NCBI GenBank assembly: GCA_963777315.1
Contig: CAVZQC010000002.1
Location: 768,001 to 832,000 of the forward strand
DNA from: Vulcanimicrobiota bacterium
GTDB lineage: Bacteria > Vulcanimicrobiota > Vulcanimicrobiia > Vulcanimicrobiales > Vulcanimicrobiaceae
Length of the DNA stretch: 64,000 bases
Reading direction: 5' to 3'
The position numbers and the translations under genes were made by a program. The notes beneath the pieces were generated by a model. The model was not told the origin of the DNA. It ran no database searches and worked only from the letters and a program-made list of their open reading frames with translations. Shown piece after piece: positions 46,698 to 56,257 of this stretch; position 1 is the stretch's first letter, and each line of letters begins with the position of its first letter.

Positions 46698-47129
46698 ATG
46701 ACCGCAATGGCCGCGATTAAATCCGCGAAACTCCCCACCGGTGTCCCACGCTGGCTTTCCACCAGCGAGGTAATCCGGCTCAAACCGCGTGCCGCGAATG
46801 CTTTTACTACCGAACCGAAACTCGAGCGGCTCATCGAAGCGCTCGGCTCCAACGGCGCGGCGGACGTGCTCGGCATTGATCGCTCGCAGCTGAGCCGGTG
46901 CGCACGCGGCAAAGAGGGCATCAGCCAGGAACTTGCGCGACGGATCTCAGACGTCGAATACGTCCTCGAGCGAGCCGTGCAAACGATGAACGCCGAAGCG
47001 ATCGGACCGTGGCTGACCGCGCCTGAGCCGCTACTCGGCGACCGCGTACCGCTCAACGTGCTCGCCAAAGAGGGACCGACGCCGGTGGTCAACGCGCTTG
47101 AAGCCATCTACGCCGGGGTTCTCGTGTGA
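46698..47129 (+). CDS. Antitoxin, Xre/MbcA/ParS-like (HTH + toxin-binding C domain)
   Basis: HTH (AADVLGIDRSQLSR) and W L..P...LG...PL..L motif; directly upstream of the RES gene. Confidence 0.85.
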   Translation: MTAMAAIKSAKLPTGVPRWLSTSEVIRLKPRAANAFTTEPKLERLIEALGSNGAADVLGIDRSQLSRCARGKEGISQELARRISDVEYVLERAVQTMNAEAIGPWLTAPEPLLGDRVPLNVLAKEGPTPVVNALEAIYAGVLV

Positions 47130-47725
47130 GGCTCTACCGCGTCCTTTACTACCTGCAAGGCGCCGCCCCAACCGACAAGGGCGGCGTTCTTTATATCCCG
47201 CCCCAGGCCGGTCCCGGACGCATCAACAATCCGGAAGACTACGAAGCGCTGTACGTCGGCGGCAGTCCGGCGGGTGTCTGCGCCGAGGTATTCTATCGCG
47301 GAAGGTACCGAATTAGCTGGACCGATGAAATGCTCACGCCCCTCCCCAACGGCAGCCGCCGCGTGCTGGCGTGGTACGAGATACCGGACGACGCGCCGAT
47401 CTGCGACTTGAACGACCCGAACGAACTGCTGGCTCGCAATTTGCGCCCCGCGGAGATCGTCACGCGCGACTATTCCGTAATCCGGCAGTGGGCGCTGCGG
47501 ATCTTCCGCGAGAACCAGTACGCCGGCGTTTCGTGGTGGTCGTACTGCGATGCGCGCTGGGCCACGTATGGCCTCTGGGAGCGCAGTATCGTCCAGCAAT
47601 GGGGCTTTGACGAATTAAACCTCAGCCACCGGGCCATGGTCGAAGCCGCCGGCGTCCTGGATGTCGCGATCGTCCCGGCGCGTCCGCCAGCCGAAGCGCC
47701 GCCCCTGAAAGAACCTCTACGATAA
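47126..47725 (+). CDS. RES domain toxin (NAD+-consuming family)
   Basis: LYR, GR.N, ALY......CAE, DL.D, G..WWS (R-E-S residues); GTGA overlap with the antitoxin. Confidence 0.85.
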   Translation: MRLYRVLYYLQGAAPTDKGGVLYIPPQAGPGRINNPEDYEALYVGGSPAGVCAEVFYRGRYRISWTDEMLTPLPNGSRRVLAWYEIPDDAPICDLNDPNELLARNLRPAEIVTRDYSVIRQWALRIFRENQYAGVSWWSYCDARWATYGLWERSIVQQWGFDELNLSHRAMVEAAGVLDVAIVPARPPAEAPPLKEPLR

Positions 47726-47762
47726 AAGCTTGGTCTTTTGTGCCCGCCATGTTCTTCCCGAA

Positions 47763-48638
47763 TTACGGGCTCTTGGCGCGCGGTTCAACGAGCTCAAACA
47801 AGAAGTTATCTTCCCCACTCGGGTTGAGAAGGGCGCGTTCGGCTTGCGTCATCGGGCGATCCGCGACTTTCGAGCGCACCCGTCCCTCGTCTTCGAGCGC
47901 GATCAGGTATGCGAGGATCTGACGCGCTGCAGCCGGTTGCAGGACGGCGCTCGTGTCGCGATAGATCCGCTCGACCAATTGCGGAATGGTCGCCGCGCCG
48001 CCCGCGAGCTGCGCGAGAATTTCGCGCTCGCGCGACTGGCGGTGTTCGATGTAGTCGCGCAGCTTCGCGCGCGGATCGGTAACGGGCTGACCGTGGCCGC
48101 CGTAGATGACGCGCGCGTTGCCGAACTCTTCGAGTAAGCGCTCCAAGGTGCGCTGATAGGCGCGCATGGATCCATCGGGCGGTGCGATGACGACGTAACC
48201 TTTGCCTAGCACGACGTCGCCGGCGAATAGCGCGCCCTCGCGTTCGTCGTAGAAGACCAGATGGTCGAACGTGTGCCCGGGCGTTTCGATCGCGCGTACG
48301 TTCGACGTGCCGACGGTCAGCATTTCGCCCTCGTGCAGCGAACGATCGTGCGCGAACGCGGTTTGGTAGTGGGCCGCTATCGGTGCGCCGGTGCGCGCTT
48401 TGAGCGCGATCGCAGCGGGAGCATGGTCGGGATGCGAATGGGTCAGACAGATCGCACGTATGGTGCAGTGCAGAGCTGCGGCGCAATCGAGGAGGGCCTG
48501 GACGTGGCGCTCGATGGCTGGGCCGGGATCGACACAGAGCGCTTCGCCGTTCCCGCAATCGACGACGTAACTGTTGGTTCCGTCCAAGGTCATCGCGGAA
48601 GGATTGGGCGCGCGGACCGTCCGGATTCGCGAGCTCAC
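47763..48638 (-). CDS. MBL-fold metallo-hydrolase (LACTB2-like)
   Basis: APNPSAMTLDGTNSY, THSHPDH, TPGHT.DH, AGD, GHG, C-terminal winged helix; GTGA overlap with NUDIX. Confidence 0.9.
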   Translation of the reverse strand: MSSRIRTVRAPNPSAMTLDGTNSYVVDCGNGEALCVDPGPAIERHVQALLDCAAALHCTIRAICLTHSHPDHAPAAIALKARTGAPIAAHYQTAFAHDRSLHEGEMLTVGTSNVRAIETPGHTFDHLVFYDEREGALFAGDVVLGKGYVVIAPPDGSMRAYQRTLERLLEEFGNARVIYGGHGQPVTDPRAKLRDYIEHRQSREREILAQLAGGAATIPQLVERIYRDTSAVLQPAAARQILAYLIALEDEGRVRSKVADRPMTQAERALLNPSGEDNFLFELVEPRAKSP

Positions 48639-49450
48639 CACGCAAATTCCAAATCCGAAGGCAAAGAAAACCGGGTGCCGCCCGGAGCGTCGGGCATGAC
48701 GCTGTAGATCGTCTTGGCGCGAGCAAACCGTTCCAGTTCCGCGACGCTTTCGAATTGGGCGAGGCGCTCGATATGTTTGATCGTCGGATAAACCATGCGG
48801 AATTGCCCCAGTTCGTAACGCTCGAGCGCATCCTGCGGGGCGATCCACACGCCGTCGTGCGTTTCGTAGGCATCCGCTAAGGCAGTCTGATCGCGCGAAG
48901 CCGCCGCGACGAAAAAGTGTGCATTGTAGCGCCGGGGATACACCGGCGGCGTGATCCAATGCGAGAACAGCGCGAGCGCGGTGCCGTCGGCATAAACACC
49001 CAGTTCTTCCAGCAAAGCGGCAAACGGCAGATCGCCCGAATGCACCTCACTGCGCGCCTGGTGTAAACGCGTGCGGTTCGGCGCGAGATCGGCGTGCGAG
49101 AGTCTGCGTCCCCGCTCATCACATGCCAGTAGAACGCCGGCTTCTTCGAACAGCTCGCGCAGGGCTGCGATCAGCAGCCCCGCCCGGTTAGGTGCATCCG
49201 GCGGCCCGAGCGGAGCCGGAAACGCGGGCGCATGTTTGGCGCGAAACTGCGCTTCGAGCGCGGGCGGATCGATGCCGCGGGCTCGGGCAAACGCTTGCTG
49301 CGTAGTGTCGCTTGGCTCGAGCACCCCGCCCGGGAACACGTAGGCGTCCGGCACGAAATGGCTGGTTTCACTGCGCCGGAGCATGTAGACTTCGAACCGC
49401 TTTTCGCCCGCCGGGCGGACGAGCATGACCGTGGCCGCTAACCGAATCAC
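48635..49450 (-). CDS. NUDIX hydrolase (NUDT19-like)
   Basis: AATVML, YVFPGG, ALRELFEEAGV, HWITP...RRY...FF, PT. Confidence 0.9.
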   Translation of the reverse strand: MIRLAATVMLVRPAGEKRFEVYMLRRSETSHFVPDAYVFPGGVLEPSDTTQQAFARARGIDPPALEAQFRAKHAPAFPAPLGPPDAPNRAGLLIAALRELFEEAGVLLACDERGRRLSHADLAPNRTRLHQARSEVHSGDLPFAALLEELGVYADGTALALFSHWITPPVYPRRYNAHFFVAAASRDQTALADAYETHDGVWIAPQDALERYELGQFRMVYPTIKHIERLAQFESVAELERFARAKTIYSVMPDAPGGTRFSLPSDLEFAW

Positions 49451-49488
49451 ATGGAACCTCGCCCGGCGCGCGCGCGTTGAGTGACCGT

Positions 49489-49908
49489 ATGAAAACGCGT
49501 TTTGTCGCCGGCTTGGCCGCCGTCCTGTTCGCGCTCGCGGCCAGCGTATCGGCGCACGCCCAGACGGCTCCTACGCCCGTTCCCACGGCAACGCCGGCTC
49601 CCAATCCCGTTCCAAGCGTTCCGGCCGGCATCGAACAAGACGCGATCAACGCTCTGGGCAACGTCGTCAAATCCGCGTTCGGCTGGAGCGACACGCAGGC
49701 GTACGGAACCGTGACGTTCTATCGCGGATACGAGATGCAAGTGCGCATGCAGCTCAATCGTTATCGCGAGATCCATCTGCACAAAGGAACGGTGATCAAT
49801 CCGCGCGGCTGGAACATCCAGCCCGGACAAACCGTCGACGTGCGCGGGCGCAACAATGCGGACGGTTCGCTGACCGCCGACACGATCGTCGTTCAAAACG
49901 CTCACTAG
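49489..49908 (+). CDS. Hypothetical secreted protein (OB-fold/DUF5666-like C terminus)
   Basis: Signal peptide AHA, Pro-rich linker, LH.GTVINP.G....G..V.V.G...DG.L.AD.I. Confidence 0.65.
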   Translation: MKTRFVAGLAAVLFALAASVSAHAQTAPTPVPTATPAPNPVPSVPAGIEQDAINALGNVVKSAFGWSDTQAYGTVTFYRGYEMQVRMQLNRYREIHLHKGTVINPRGWNIQPGQTVDVRGRNNADGSLTADTIVVQNAH

Positions 49909-49913
49909 CAGAC

Positions 49914-50342
49914 GTGCGAATCGCGCTGGGCAGCGATGAGTCCACCGAGCTCACTGCCGCTTTGGAACGCGAGCTGCAGGCTCGCGGCCACGATGCCGTT
50001 CGTTTCGGCGCGCTAGCACCCGGCGATGACGACGCGTGGCCCAGTGTAGGAAAGAACGTCGGCGAAGCGGTTGCACGCGGCCGATGTGCGAGCGGCATCG
50101 TCTGCTGTTCGACCGGTACCGGTGTAAGCATTGCAGCCAATAAAGTGCGCGGCGTTCGCGCGGCGCTGTGTGCCGATGCGCAAAGCGCAGCGGGCGCGCG
50201 CACTTGGAACGACGCAAACGTTCTGGCGTTGAGTTTGCAGCGTACGCCGGTCAGCGCCGTGCAAGGCATATTGGACGCTTGGTTTTCAACGCCGCCGACG
50301 CAGGATCCGAAGTATCGGCCCATGATCGATCGAGTGCTCTAG
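49914..50342 (+). CDS. rpiB: RpiB/LacA/LacB family sugar-phosphate isomerase
   Basis: RIALGSD, GIVCCSTGTGVSIAANKVRGVRAALC, WNDANVL. Confidence 0.85.
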   Translation: MRIALGSDESTELTAALERELQARGHDAVRFGALAPGDDDAWPSVGKNVGEAVARGRCASGIVCCSTGTGVSIAANKVRGVRAALCADAQSAAGARTWNDANVLALSLQRTPVSAVQGILDAWFSTPPTQDPKYRPMIDRVL

Positions 50343-50431
50343 CACCGGCGTAAATCCAAATCGCGCTGCGGCCCGTTGAAGAGACGTAATCGTTCTACTT
50401 TTCAACGGAGTACGCTCCGGAAAGGACTTGC

Positions 50432-51064
50432 ATGTTCTCCGTCCGCAAGCTTGCCGCACTGGCGGCATTTGCTGCGCTGTGCGCGCCGGTCGCCGCTATG
50501 GCGGCCCAAAATTCGATGATGTTCTCAGGGAAAACCATGCCCGACGTCACGATGCAGCCCTCACGTTTTTCGGGACCCGGCGTCTACACCGGCAAGCCCG
50601 CGCTTCAGGTAACGCTGGCCATGGTGATCGCCGGCGGCGGCCCGAATAATTTCAACACCGTCACGTTGCTCAAAGTTCTGACCGGCGACAAGTTCGATGC
50701 CGAAGTCGGCAAGCTCACCAAACAATACGGCAAGGCGAAAATCGGCAACTTCCTCAAAGTGTTCGACTACGTGGTAGCCGATTCGCTCAAAATCGCCGGT
50801 GAAAAGCACGTCGCTCTGCCGCGCACGCCGAGCCCCGATCCGCACAACGGACCGGCATTGGCCGCCGCATTGTGGTCGGCCGGTCAGACGGGCAACGGTT
50901 TTAACGTCGAAGTCATGCTCGACCGCGCCGTATCCCATCCGATCCACGTTCAAGTGATGAAGGACATCGATGCCAAATACGGCATCGCCGCCGATGCCGA
51001 CTACCACGCGATTCTCACGACCGCGATGCACGATCTCGCCGCCGTGTACAACTTGAAAAGCTGA
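50432..51064 (+). CDS. Hypothetical secreted alpha-helical protein
   Basis: Signal peptide AMA, AAAGGA SD, followed by a terminator-like hairpin. Confidence 0.75.
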   Translation: MFSVRKLAALAAFAALCAPVAAMAAQNSMMFSGKTMPDVTMQPSRFSGPGVYTGKPALQVTLAMVIAGGGPNNFNTVTLLKVLTGDKFDAEVGKLTKQYGKAKIGNFLKVFDYVVADSLKIAGEKHVALPRTPSPDPHNGPALAAALWSAGQTGNGFNVEVMLDRAVSHPIHVQVMKDIDAKYGIAADADYHAILTTAMHDLAAVYNLKS

Positions 51065-51076
51065 CGCCGCGCTACG

Positions 51077-51107
51077 GCAAGGGCCGCGCATATCACGCGG
51101 CCCTTGC
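51077..51107. terminator. GC-rich hairpin between convergent genes
   Basis: GCAAGGGCCGCG-catatca-CGCGGCCCTTGC, a perfect 12-bp stem; no clear U-tract. Confidence 0.6.
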
Positions 51108-51230
51108 AGTGAGTATCACAGAACGGCAGGCTCAGCTCCCAATTCCAGTGACGTGTCTTTCTGAGATAATGCTCTCGAGACGTTTCATGGTACCCACGCC
51201 CGCGCCGGACAAACAGACATTCCGTCTGCT

Positions 51231-51623
51231 TTACCGTAAGATAACCAGCCAGGGGACTGCAGCCAAGAGCCCCCAATTCGCCACATGCGCGCTCCAGCAG
51301 TACGGGCAGCTGCGCCTTGTCACGAACACCAGGCTATACGCCAAATACACCGAGGTCAGCGCCGCGCATACCGCCGCGCCGAGGGCAAGGCCGAGCGGCA
51401 CGAGAGCGACCGTGCACCATGCCGTCGCCGTGAGGGCGGGATAATAGACGCAGCCGAATAGCGCGTTCGGGATGCCGGCGAAGAGCTTGGCGCGCGCCGA
51501 CTGCACCACGCTGGCTTCGCCGAGCCGTCCGGCCCGATCGAGTAGACTTTTGCGCAACATAAAGACGGAAGCGTAAAAGCCGGCGGCGCATAACACCGAA
51601 ACGACCACCCGGACCAGGAGCAC
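51231..51623 (-). CDS. Vitamin K epoxide reductase (VKOR) family protein
   Basis: V.S..A.LF.GIPNA..G..YY and CPYCWSAH; four TM. GTG start approximate. Confidence 0.8.
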   Translation of the reverse strand: MLLVRVVVSVLCAAGFYASVFMLRKSLLDRAGRLGEASVVQSARAKLFAGIPNALFGCVYYPALTATAWCTVALVPLGLALGAAVCAALTSVYLAYSLVFVTRRSCPYCWSAHVANWGLLAAVPWLVILR

Positions 51624-51665
51624 GCCATCATCCTCGAAGAGCGAGAGCCGACACAAGATCTCCGC

Positions 51666-52316
51666 TTGCGCTCGTTAGGGCGGCGAGCGGCCGGCTTGGG
51701 TCTGTTGGCGTTATCGTTCGCCCTGGCTGCGTTCGTTATCCGCTACCAGCCGTGGATCGAGCACTACATTCGCTCGATTGGCCCCGGAGTTGCGGTGCCC
51801 GTCGCCACGGCGATTTTCGCCATCGTCGCGGCAGCGCCGTTTTCGGTGACGGACGCGCTTGCGGTGATGAACGGCGCGGTGTTCGGACCGTTTTGGGGCT
51901 CCATCATCAACGCCGCAGGCATTATCGTGGCGGGCGCCATCGGATACTGGATCAACCGCCATGCCACGCATCTGATGGACTTGGAAGCGGCACTCGCGCG
52001 TCTGCCCCCCTGGGTCAAGCGTTTTCGCATCGGATCGCCGATGTTCTTGATCGCCGTGCGCGTCATCCCGGGGTTCGGCGGTACCGTGGCGACCGCCACC
52101 GCGGCGACGATGCGCGTTCCGGTCTGGATTCACATCCTGTGCATGTCCGTCGTCGCAATTCCACTGTGCACGCTGCTCGCGATCTTCGGGGACCGGGCGG
52201 TCGAGGCGATTCACGGTTACGAGCACCGCGCGCACATGTACATCCTGCATCACCGCCCGCACTGGCATTTCCGGCACCGGCACGTGCAGACGCCCGGCCC
52301 GGGACCTGCGCCATGA
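51666..52316 (+). CDS. VTT/DedA (TVP38/SNARE-associated) membrane protein with His-rich C terminus
   Basis: NGAVFGPFWG, G..IGY, RVIPG; C-terminal tail HHRPHWHFRHRH. Confidence 0.8.
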   Translation: MRSLGRRAAGLGLLALSFALAAFVIRYQPWIEHYIRSIGPGVAVPVATAIFAIVAAAPFSVTDALAVMNGAVFGPFWGSIINAAGIIVAGAIGYWINRHATHLMDLEAALARLPPWVKRFRIGSPMFLIAVRVIPGFGGTVATATAATMRVPVWIHILCMSVVAIPLCTLLAIFGDRAVEAIHGYEHRAHMYILHHRPHWHFRHRHVQTPGPGPAP

Positions 52317-53486
52317 TGCCGGCGCAGATCGTCGAGAGCGCTGCGGAACTCGATCGGCTGTGCGCGCGGGTTTGCGCCGCACCGCGAGTGGGGATCGACA
52401 CCGAGTTTCACAACGAGCGCACCTACACGGCTCGTCTGATGGTCGTTCAGTCTGTCGTTCGAGGACGGTTGCGCGATCGTCGATCCGCTTGCGGTTGCCG
52501 ATCTCGCGCCGCTGATCGAGGCGTTATCGCAAACCACAGTCGTGGGGCATGCGCTGGGCGGCGATCTGAAGATCTTCGCGGACCGTTTCGATTGCGTGCC
52601 CGCCAACGTTTTCGACTGCCAAATCGCAGCGTCGTTTTTGGGTTACGGGATGTCGATTTCGCTGGCGGATTTGGTGCACGACCTGTGCGGCGTTCGCTTG
52701 AAGAAATCGCAGACGGTGAGCGATTGGTCCGTGCGTCCGCTTTCCGATCGCCAGCTCGAGTATTTGGTGGACGACGTCGTGCATTTGCTGGACATGCAGG
52801 ATGCGCTCGCGCGCCGTCTGAGCGAAACGGGGCGGTACGGTTGGGCGGTCGAGGAGTGCCGTCTGCTCGGCGACATGGCGCGCTATCGCAGTGACGAGCG
52901 CCGGATGTACGCGCGAATCCCGGGCTCCAACCGCATGAGCCGCCGCGAGCTTGCCGTATTGCGCGAGCTGACCGGTTTGCGCGAACGCGTCGCTCGCGAA
53001 CGCGACGTGCCGCTCAAATACATCATGCCCGACGATGTGGTCGGCGGAATCGCGACGCTGCGGCCGCGCAAGGTCGAAGATCTCGCGCAGCTGCGGCGTT
53101 TGGACGCCTCCGCGCGCCGTTCGTTGGGGCAGCCGATAATCGATGCGGTCAAGCGCGGAGAATCCGTGCCCGAAGCCGATCTGCCCGCGAAATTTACGCG
53201 GCCGCTGGGCAATGGACGGGAACGGCTGGTCGCGCTCATGAGCGTTGCGATAGGCGAAATAGCGCAGGAGAACGATGTGCCGCCCAGCTTGCTCGTCCCG
53301 CGCGTTCACCTGGAACGCCTCGCGCGCGAATTGCCGGCGCGGCGGGAAGACTTCGACGTAATTTTGGGCCTCTCGCCGTGGCGGATGCACCTGGTGGCCG
53401 AACGCTTGTGGGCATTCTTGTCGGGCGACAGCAGCGTGCGCATCGAAGGCTACGCGGCAGGCAGGCCACGAATCACGCTGGCATGA
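52313..53486 (+). pseudogene. rnd: Ribonuclease D with a +1 frameshift near 52451 (probably a sequence error)
   Basis: GIDTEF...TY in one frame; HA..GDL, FDCQIAA, SDWS.RPL...QL.Y..DDV and HRDC in the next. Removing the extra T at about 52451 restores VVQLSFEDG. Confidence 0.85.
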
Positions 53487-56257
53487 CCTTCGTAAACAGT
53501 TTCAACGCGCTGGGCGAATTGCGGGTCGGGGAGCGCTCGTACTCCTACGTGCGCCTCGAAGCGCTCGAAAAAGCCGGTGTCGCGCGCCTGGAACGCATGC
53601 CGTTTTCGCTCAAGATTCTCCTGGAAAATCTTCTGCGGTTCGAAGACGGGCGTTCCGTGCGCAAACAGGACATCGAAGCGCTCGCGCGCTGGAGTCCGCA
53701 TCACCGCACCGAGCGCGAAATCGCCTATCGGCCCGCGCGCGTTCTTTTGCAAGATTTTACCGGTGTTCCCGCGGTCGTCGATCTGGCCGCTATGCGCGAC
53801 GCGATGGCGGCAATGGGCGGCGATCCCAAAGCGATCAATCCGCTGCAGCCCGTCGAGCTGGTGATCGATCATTCCGTGCAAGTCGATGCGTTCGGCACGA
53901 GCGACGCGCCGGCGAAGAACGCGGAAATCGAATTTGGGCGCAATCGCGAGCGTTATGCGTTTTTGAAATGGGGCCAGCACGCGCTGGACAACTTTCGCGT
54001 CGTGCCGCCCGACACCGGAATCGTGCACCAGATCAACATCGAGTTTCTCGGCCGCGTCGTGTTCGGGGCCGGCGGTGCGGGCGTGGCGTTCGACGGGCAA
54101 AATGCTTTAGCGTTTCCGGATACCGTGGTCGGAACCGATTCCCACACGACGATGGCCAACGGACTGGGCATACTCGCTTGGGGCGTGGGCGGCATCGAGG
54201 CTGAAGCTGCCATGCTGGGTCAGCCGGTGACGATGCTGATACCGCAGGTCGCGGGCGTGAAGCTCGCCGGACGGCTGAGCGAAGGCGTTACCGCAACCGA
54301 TCTCGTGCTCACCGTGACTGAAATGCTGCGCAAAACCGGCGTCGTGGGCAAGTTCGTGGAGTTTTACGGCAGCGGGCTGTCGAGCTTGGGCGTGGCCGAT
54401 CGCGTGACGTTGGGCAATATGTCGCCCGAATACGGATCGACTTGCGCGATCTTTCCGATCGACGAACAAACCTTGCAGTATCTGCGCCTTACGGGCCGCG
54501 CTTCGGATCACATCGCTTTGGTTGAATCGTATGCCAAAGCGCAAGGACTGTTTCGTACCGACGCCACGCCCGATCCGCAGTTCAGCGAAACGCTCGAGCT
54601 CGACCTGGGCAGCGTGACGGCGAGTCTTGCCGGTCCGCGCCGTCCGCAGGATCGCGTCGCATTGGGAGAGGTAAAAGCGTCGTTCAATGCTGCGCTCGCG
54701 GAATGGATGACCGCGCGCGACGGTAAGCCGGCCGGCGCAGTCGCGCGCATGGAGAGCGAAGGCGGCATGGGGACTGCCGTTGCCGAGCAGGCGGTAGTAT
54801 CCGACGGAGCCGTGGTAATCGCCGCGATTACGAGCTGCACGAACACCAGCAATCCTACGGTGCTCGTGGGCGCGGGATTGCTCGCGCGCAATGCCGTCCG
54901 ACGCGGGCTGCGCAGCAAACCGTGGGTAAAAACCTCGCTGGCCCCAGGCTCGAAAGTCGTCACGGAGTATTTGACCAGGTCCGGCCTGCAGAAATTTCTC
55001 GACGAGCTCGGTTTCCATCTCGTCGGCTATGGATGCACGACGTGCATCGGAAACAGCGGTCCGCTTCCGCAAGAAGTCGCCGAATCGATCGCCGAACACG
55101 ATACTATCGTCGCCGCAGTGCTGTCGGGCAATCGCAATTTCGAAGGGCGCATCCATCCGCAAGTTCGCGCAAACTATCTGGCTTCGCCGCCGCTGGTCGT
55201 GGCATACGCGCTGGCCGGACGGATGGACATCGATTTGAGCAGCGAGCCCCTGGGCCAAGACGAGTCGGGCAAGCCGGTGTATTTAAAAGACCTGTGGCCC
55301 AGCAATGCGGAGATCACGCGCGTTATCGCGCAATCGATCGACCAGGCGATGTTTCAGGCGAATTACCGTGAGGTCTTTACGGGCAGCGGGGATTGGAGCG
55401 AGCTGCGCGTTCCGCAGGGCGAACGGTACGCGTGGGATCCGGCCTCGGAATACGTCAAGCACCCGCCGTACTTTGAGGACATGAAGCTGGAACCGCCGGC
55501 GGTAGCCGACATTCACGGCGCTCGCGCGCTGGCCGTTTTAGGCGATAGCGTAACGACCGATCACATCTCGCCCGCCGGCAACATAGCCAAAGCCGGCGCA
55601 GCAGGCAAATATCTGCTCGAACACGGCGTGCAGGTCGCCGACTTCAATTCGTACGGCGCCCGAAGAGGCAACCACGAAGTCATGGTGCGTGGCACCTTCG
55701 CCAACGTGCGTCTGCGCAATCTGCTCGTGCCCGGCGTGGAAGGCGGCTTTACGCGGTATCTTCCGTCCAACGAACAGCTGTCGATCTTCGATGCGGCCAT
55801 GAGGTACCGTGACGACGGCACGCCGCTGATCGTGCTGGCGGGAAAAGAGTACGGGTCCGGCTCTTCACGCGACTGGGCCGCCAAAGGGCCGCATTTGCTG
55901 GGCATCAAAGCCGTCATCGCGGAATCCTTCGAGCGCATCCATCGCAGCAACCTGATCGGCATGGGCATTCTGCCGCTCGAATTCCAGAGCGGAGCCGACC
56001 GCGCGACGTACGGTCTGAGCGGCGAAGAGACGTTCGACGTCACCGGTTTGGAAGACGGGGTCACGCACGGTATGCACGCGCACGTTGCAGCATCCGACGC
56101 GCACGGGCGAAGAATCGAGTTCAAAGCGCGCGTCCGCATCGACACGCCCGACGAAGCCGAATATTATCGCAACGGTGGAATTTTGCAGTACGTTCTTCGT
56201 GGGTTGCTGCGCAAACAGACCTCGCCTCAGGAGGCGGCAGCGAACCGCCGCGGCTGA
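53483..56257 (+). CDS. acnA: Aconitate hydratase A
   Basis: QDFTGVP, IDHSVQ, GTDSHT, AITSCTNTSN, GYGCTTCIGNSG, TTDHISPAG, GSSRDWAAKG. Confidence 0.97.
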   Translation: MTFVNSFNALGELRVGERSYSYVRLEALEKAGVARLERMPFSLKILLENLLRFEDGRSVRKQDIEALARWSPHHRTEREIAYRPARVLLQDFTGVPAVVDLAAMRDAMAAMGGDPKAINPLQPVELVIDHSVQVDAFGTSDAPAKNAEIEFGRNRERYAFLKWGQHALDNFRVVPPDTGIVHQINIEFLGRVVFGAGGAGVAFDGQNALAFPDTVVGTDSHTTMANGLGILAWGVGGIEAEAAMLGQPVTMLIPQVAGVKLAGRLSEGVTATDLVLTVTEMLRKTGVVGKFVEFYGSGLSSLGVADRVTLGNMSPEYGSTCAIFPIDEQTLQYLRLTGRASDHIALVESYAKAQGLFRTDATPDPQFSETLELDLGSVTASLAGPRRPQDRVALGEVKASFNAALAEWMTARDGKPAGAVARMESEGGMGTAVAEQAVVSDGAVVIAAITSCTNTSNPTVLVGAGLLARNAVRRGLRSKPWVKTSLAPGSKVVTEYLTRSGLQKFLDELGFHLVGYGCTTCIGNSGPLPQEVAESIAEHDTIVAAVLSGNRNFEGRIHPQVRANYLASPPLVVAYALAGRMDIDLSSEPLGQDESGKPVYLKDLWPSNAEITRVIAQSIDQAMFQANYREVFTGSGDWSELRVPQGERYAWDPASEYVKHPPYFEDMKLEPPAVADIHGARALAVLGDSVTTDHISPAGNIAKAGAAGKYLLEHGVQVADFNSYGARRGNHEVMVRGTFANVRLRNLLVPGVEGGFTRYLPSNEQLSIFDAAMRYRDDGTPLIVLAGKEYGSGSSRDWAAKGPHLLGIKAVIAESFERIHRSNLIGMGILPLEFQSGADRATYGLSGEETFDVTGLEDGVTHGMHAHVAASDAHGRRIEFKARVRIDTPDEAEYYRNGGILQYVLRGLLRKQTSPQEAAANRRG

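Noticed and set aside
28500..47760. Integrative element or genomic island carrying the inositol locus
   Set aside because: No integrase, transposase, tRNA target or flanking direct repeats seen. The repeats around the ABC genes are better explained as operators than as element ends.
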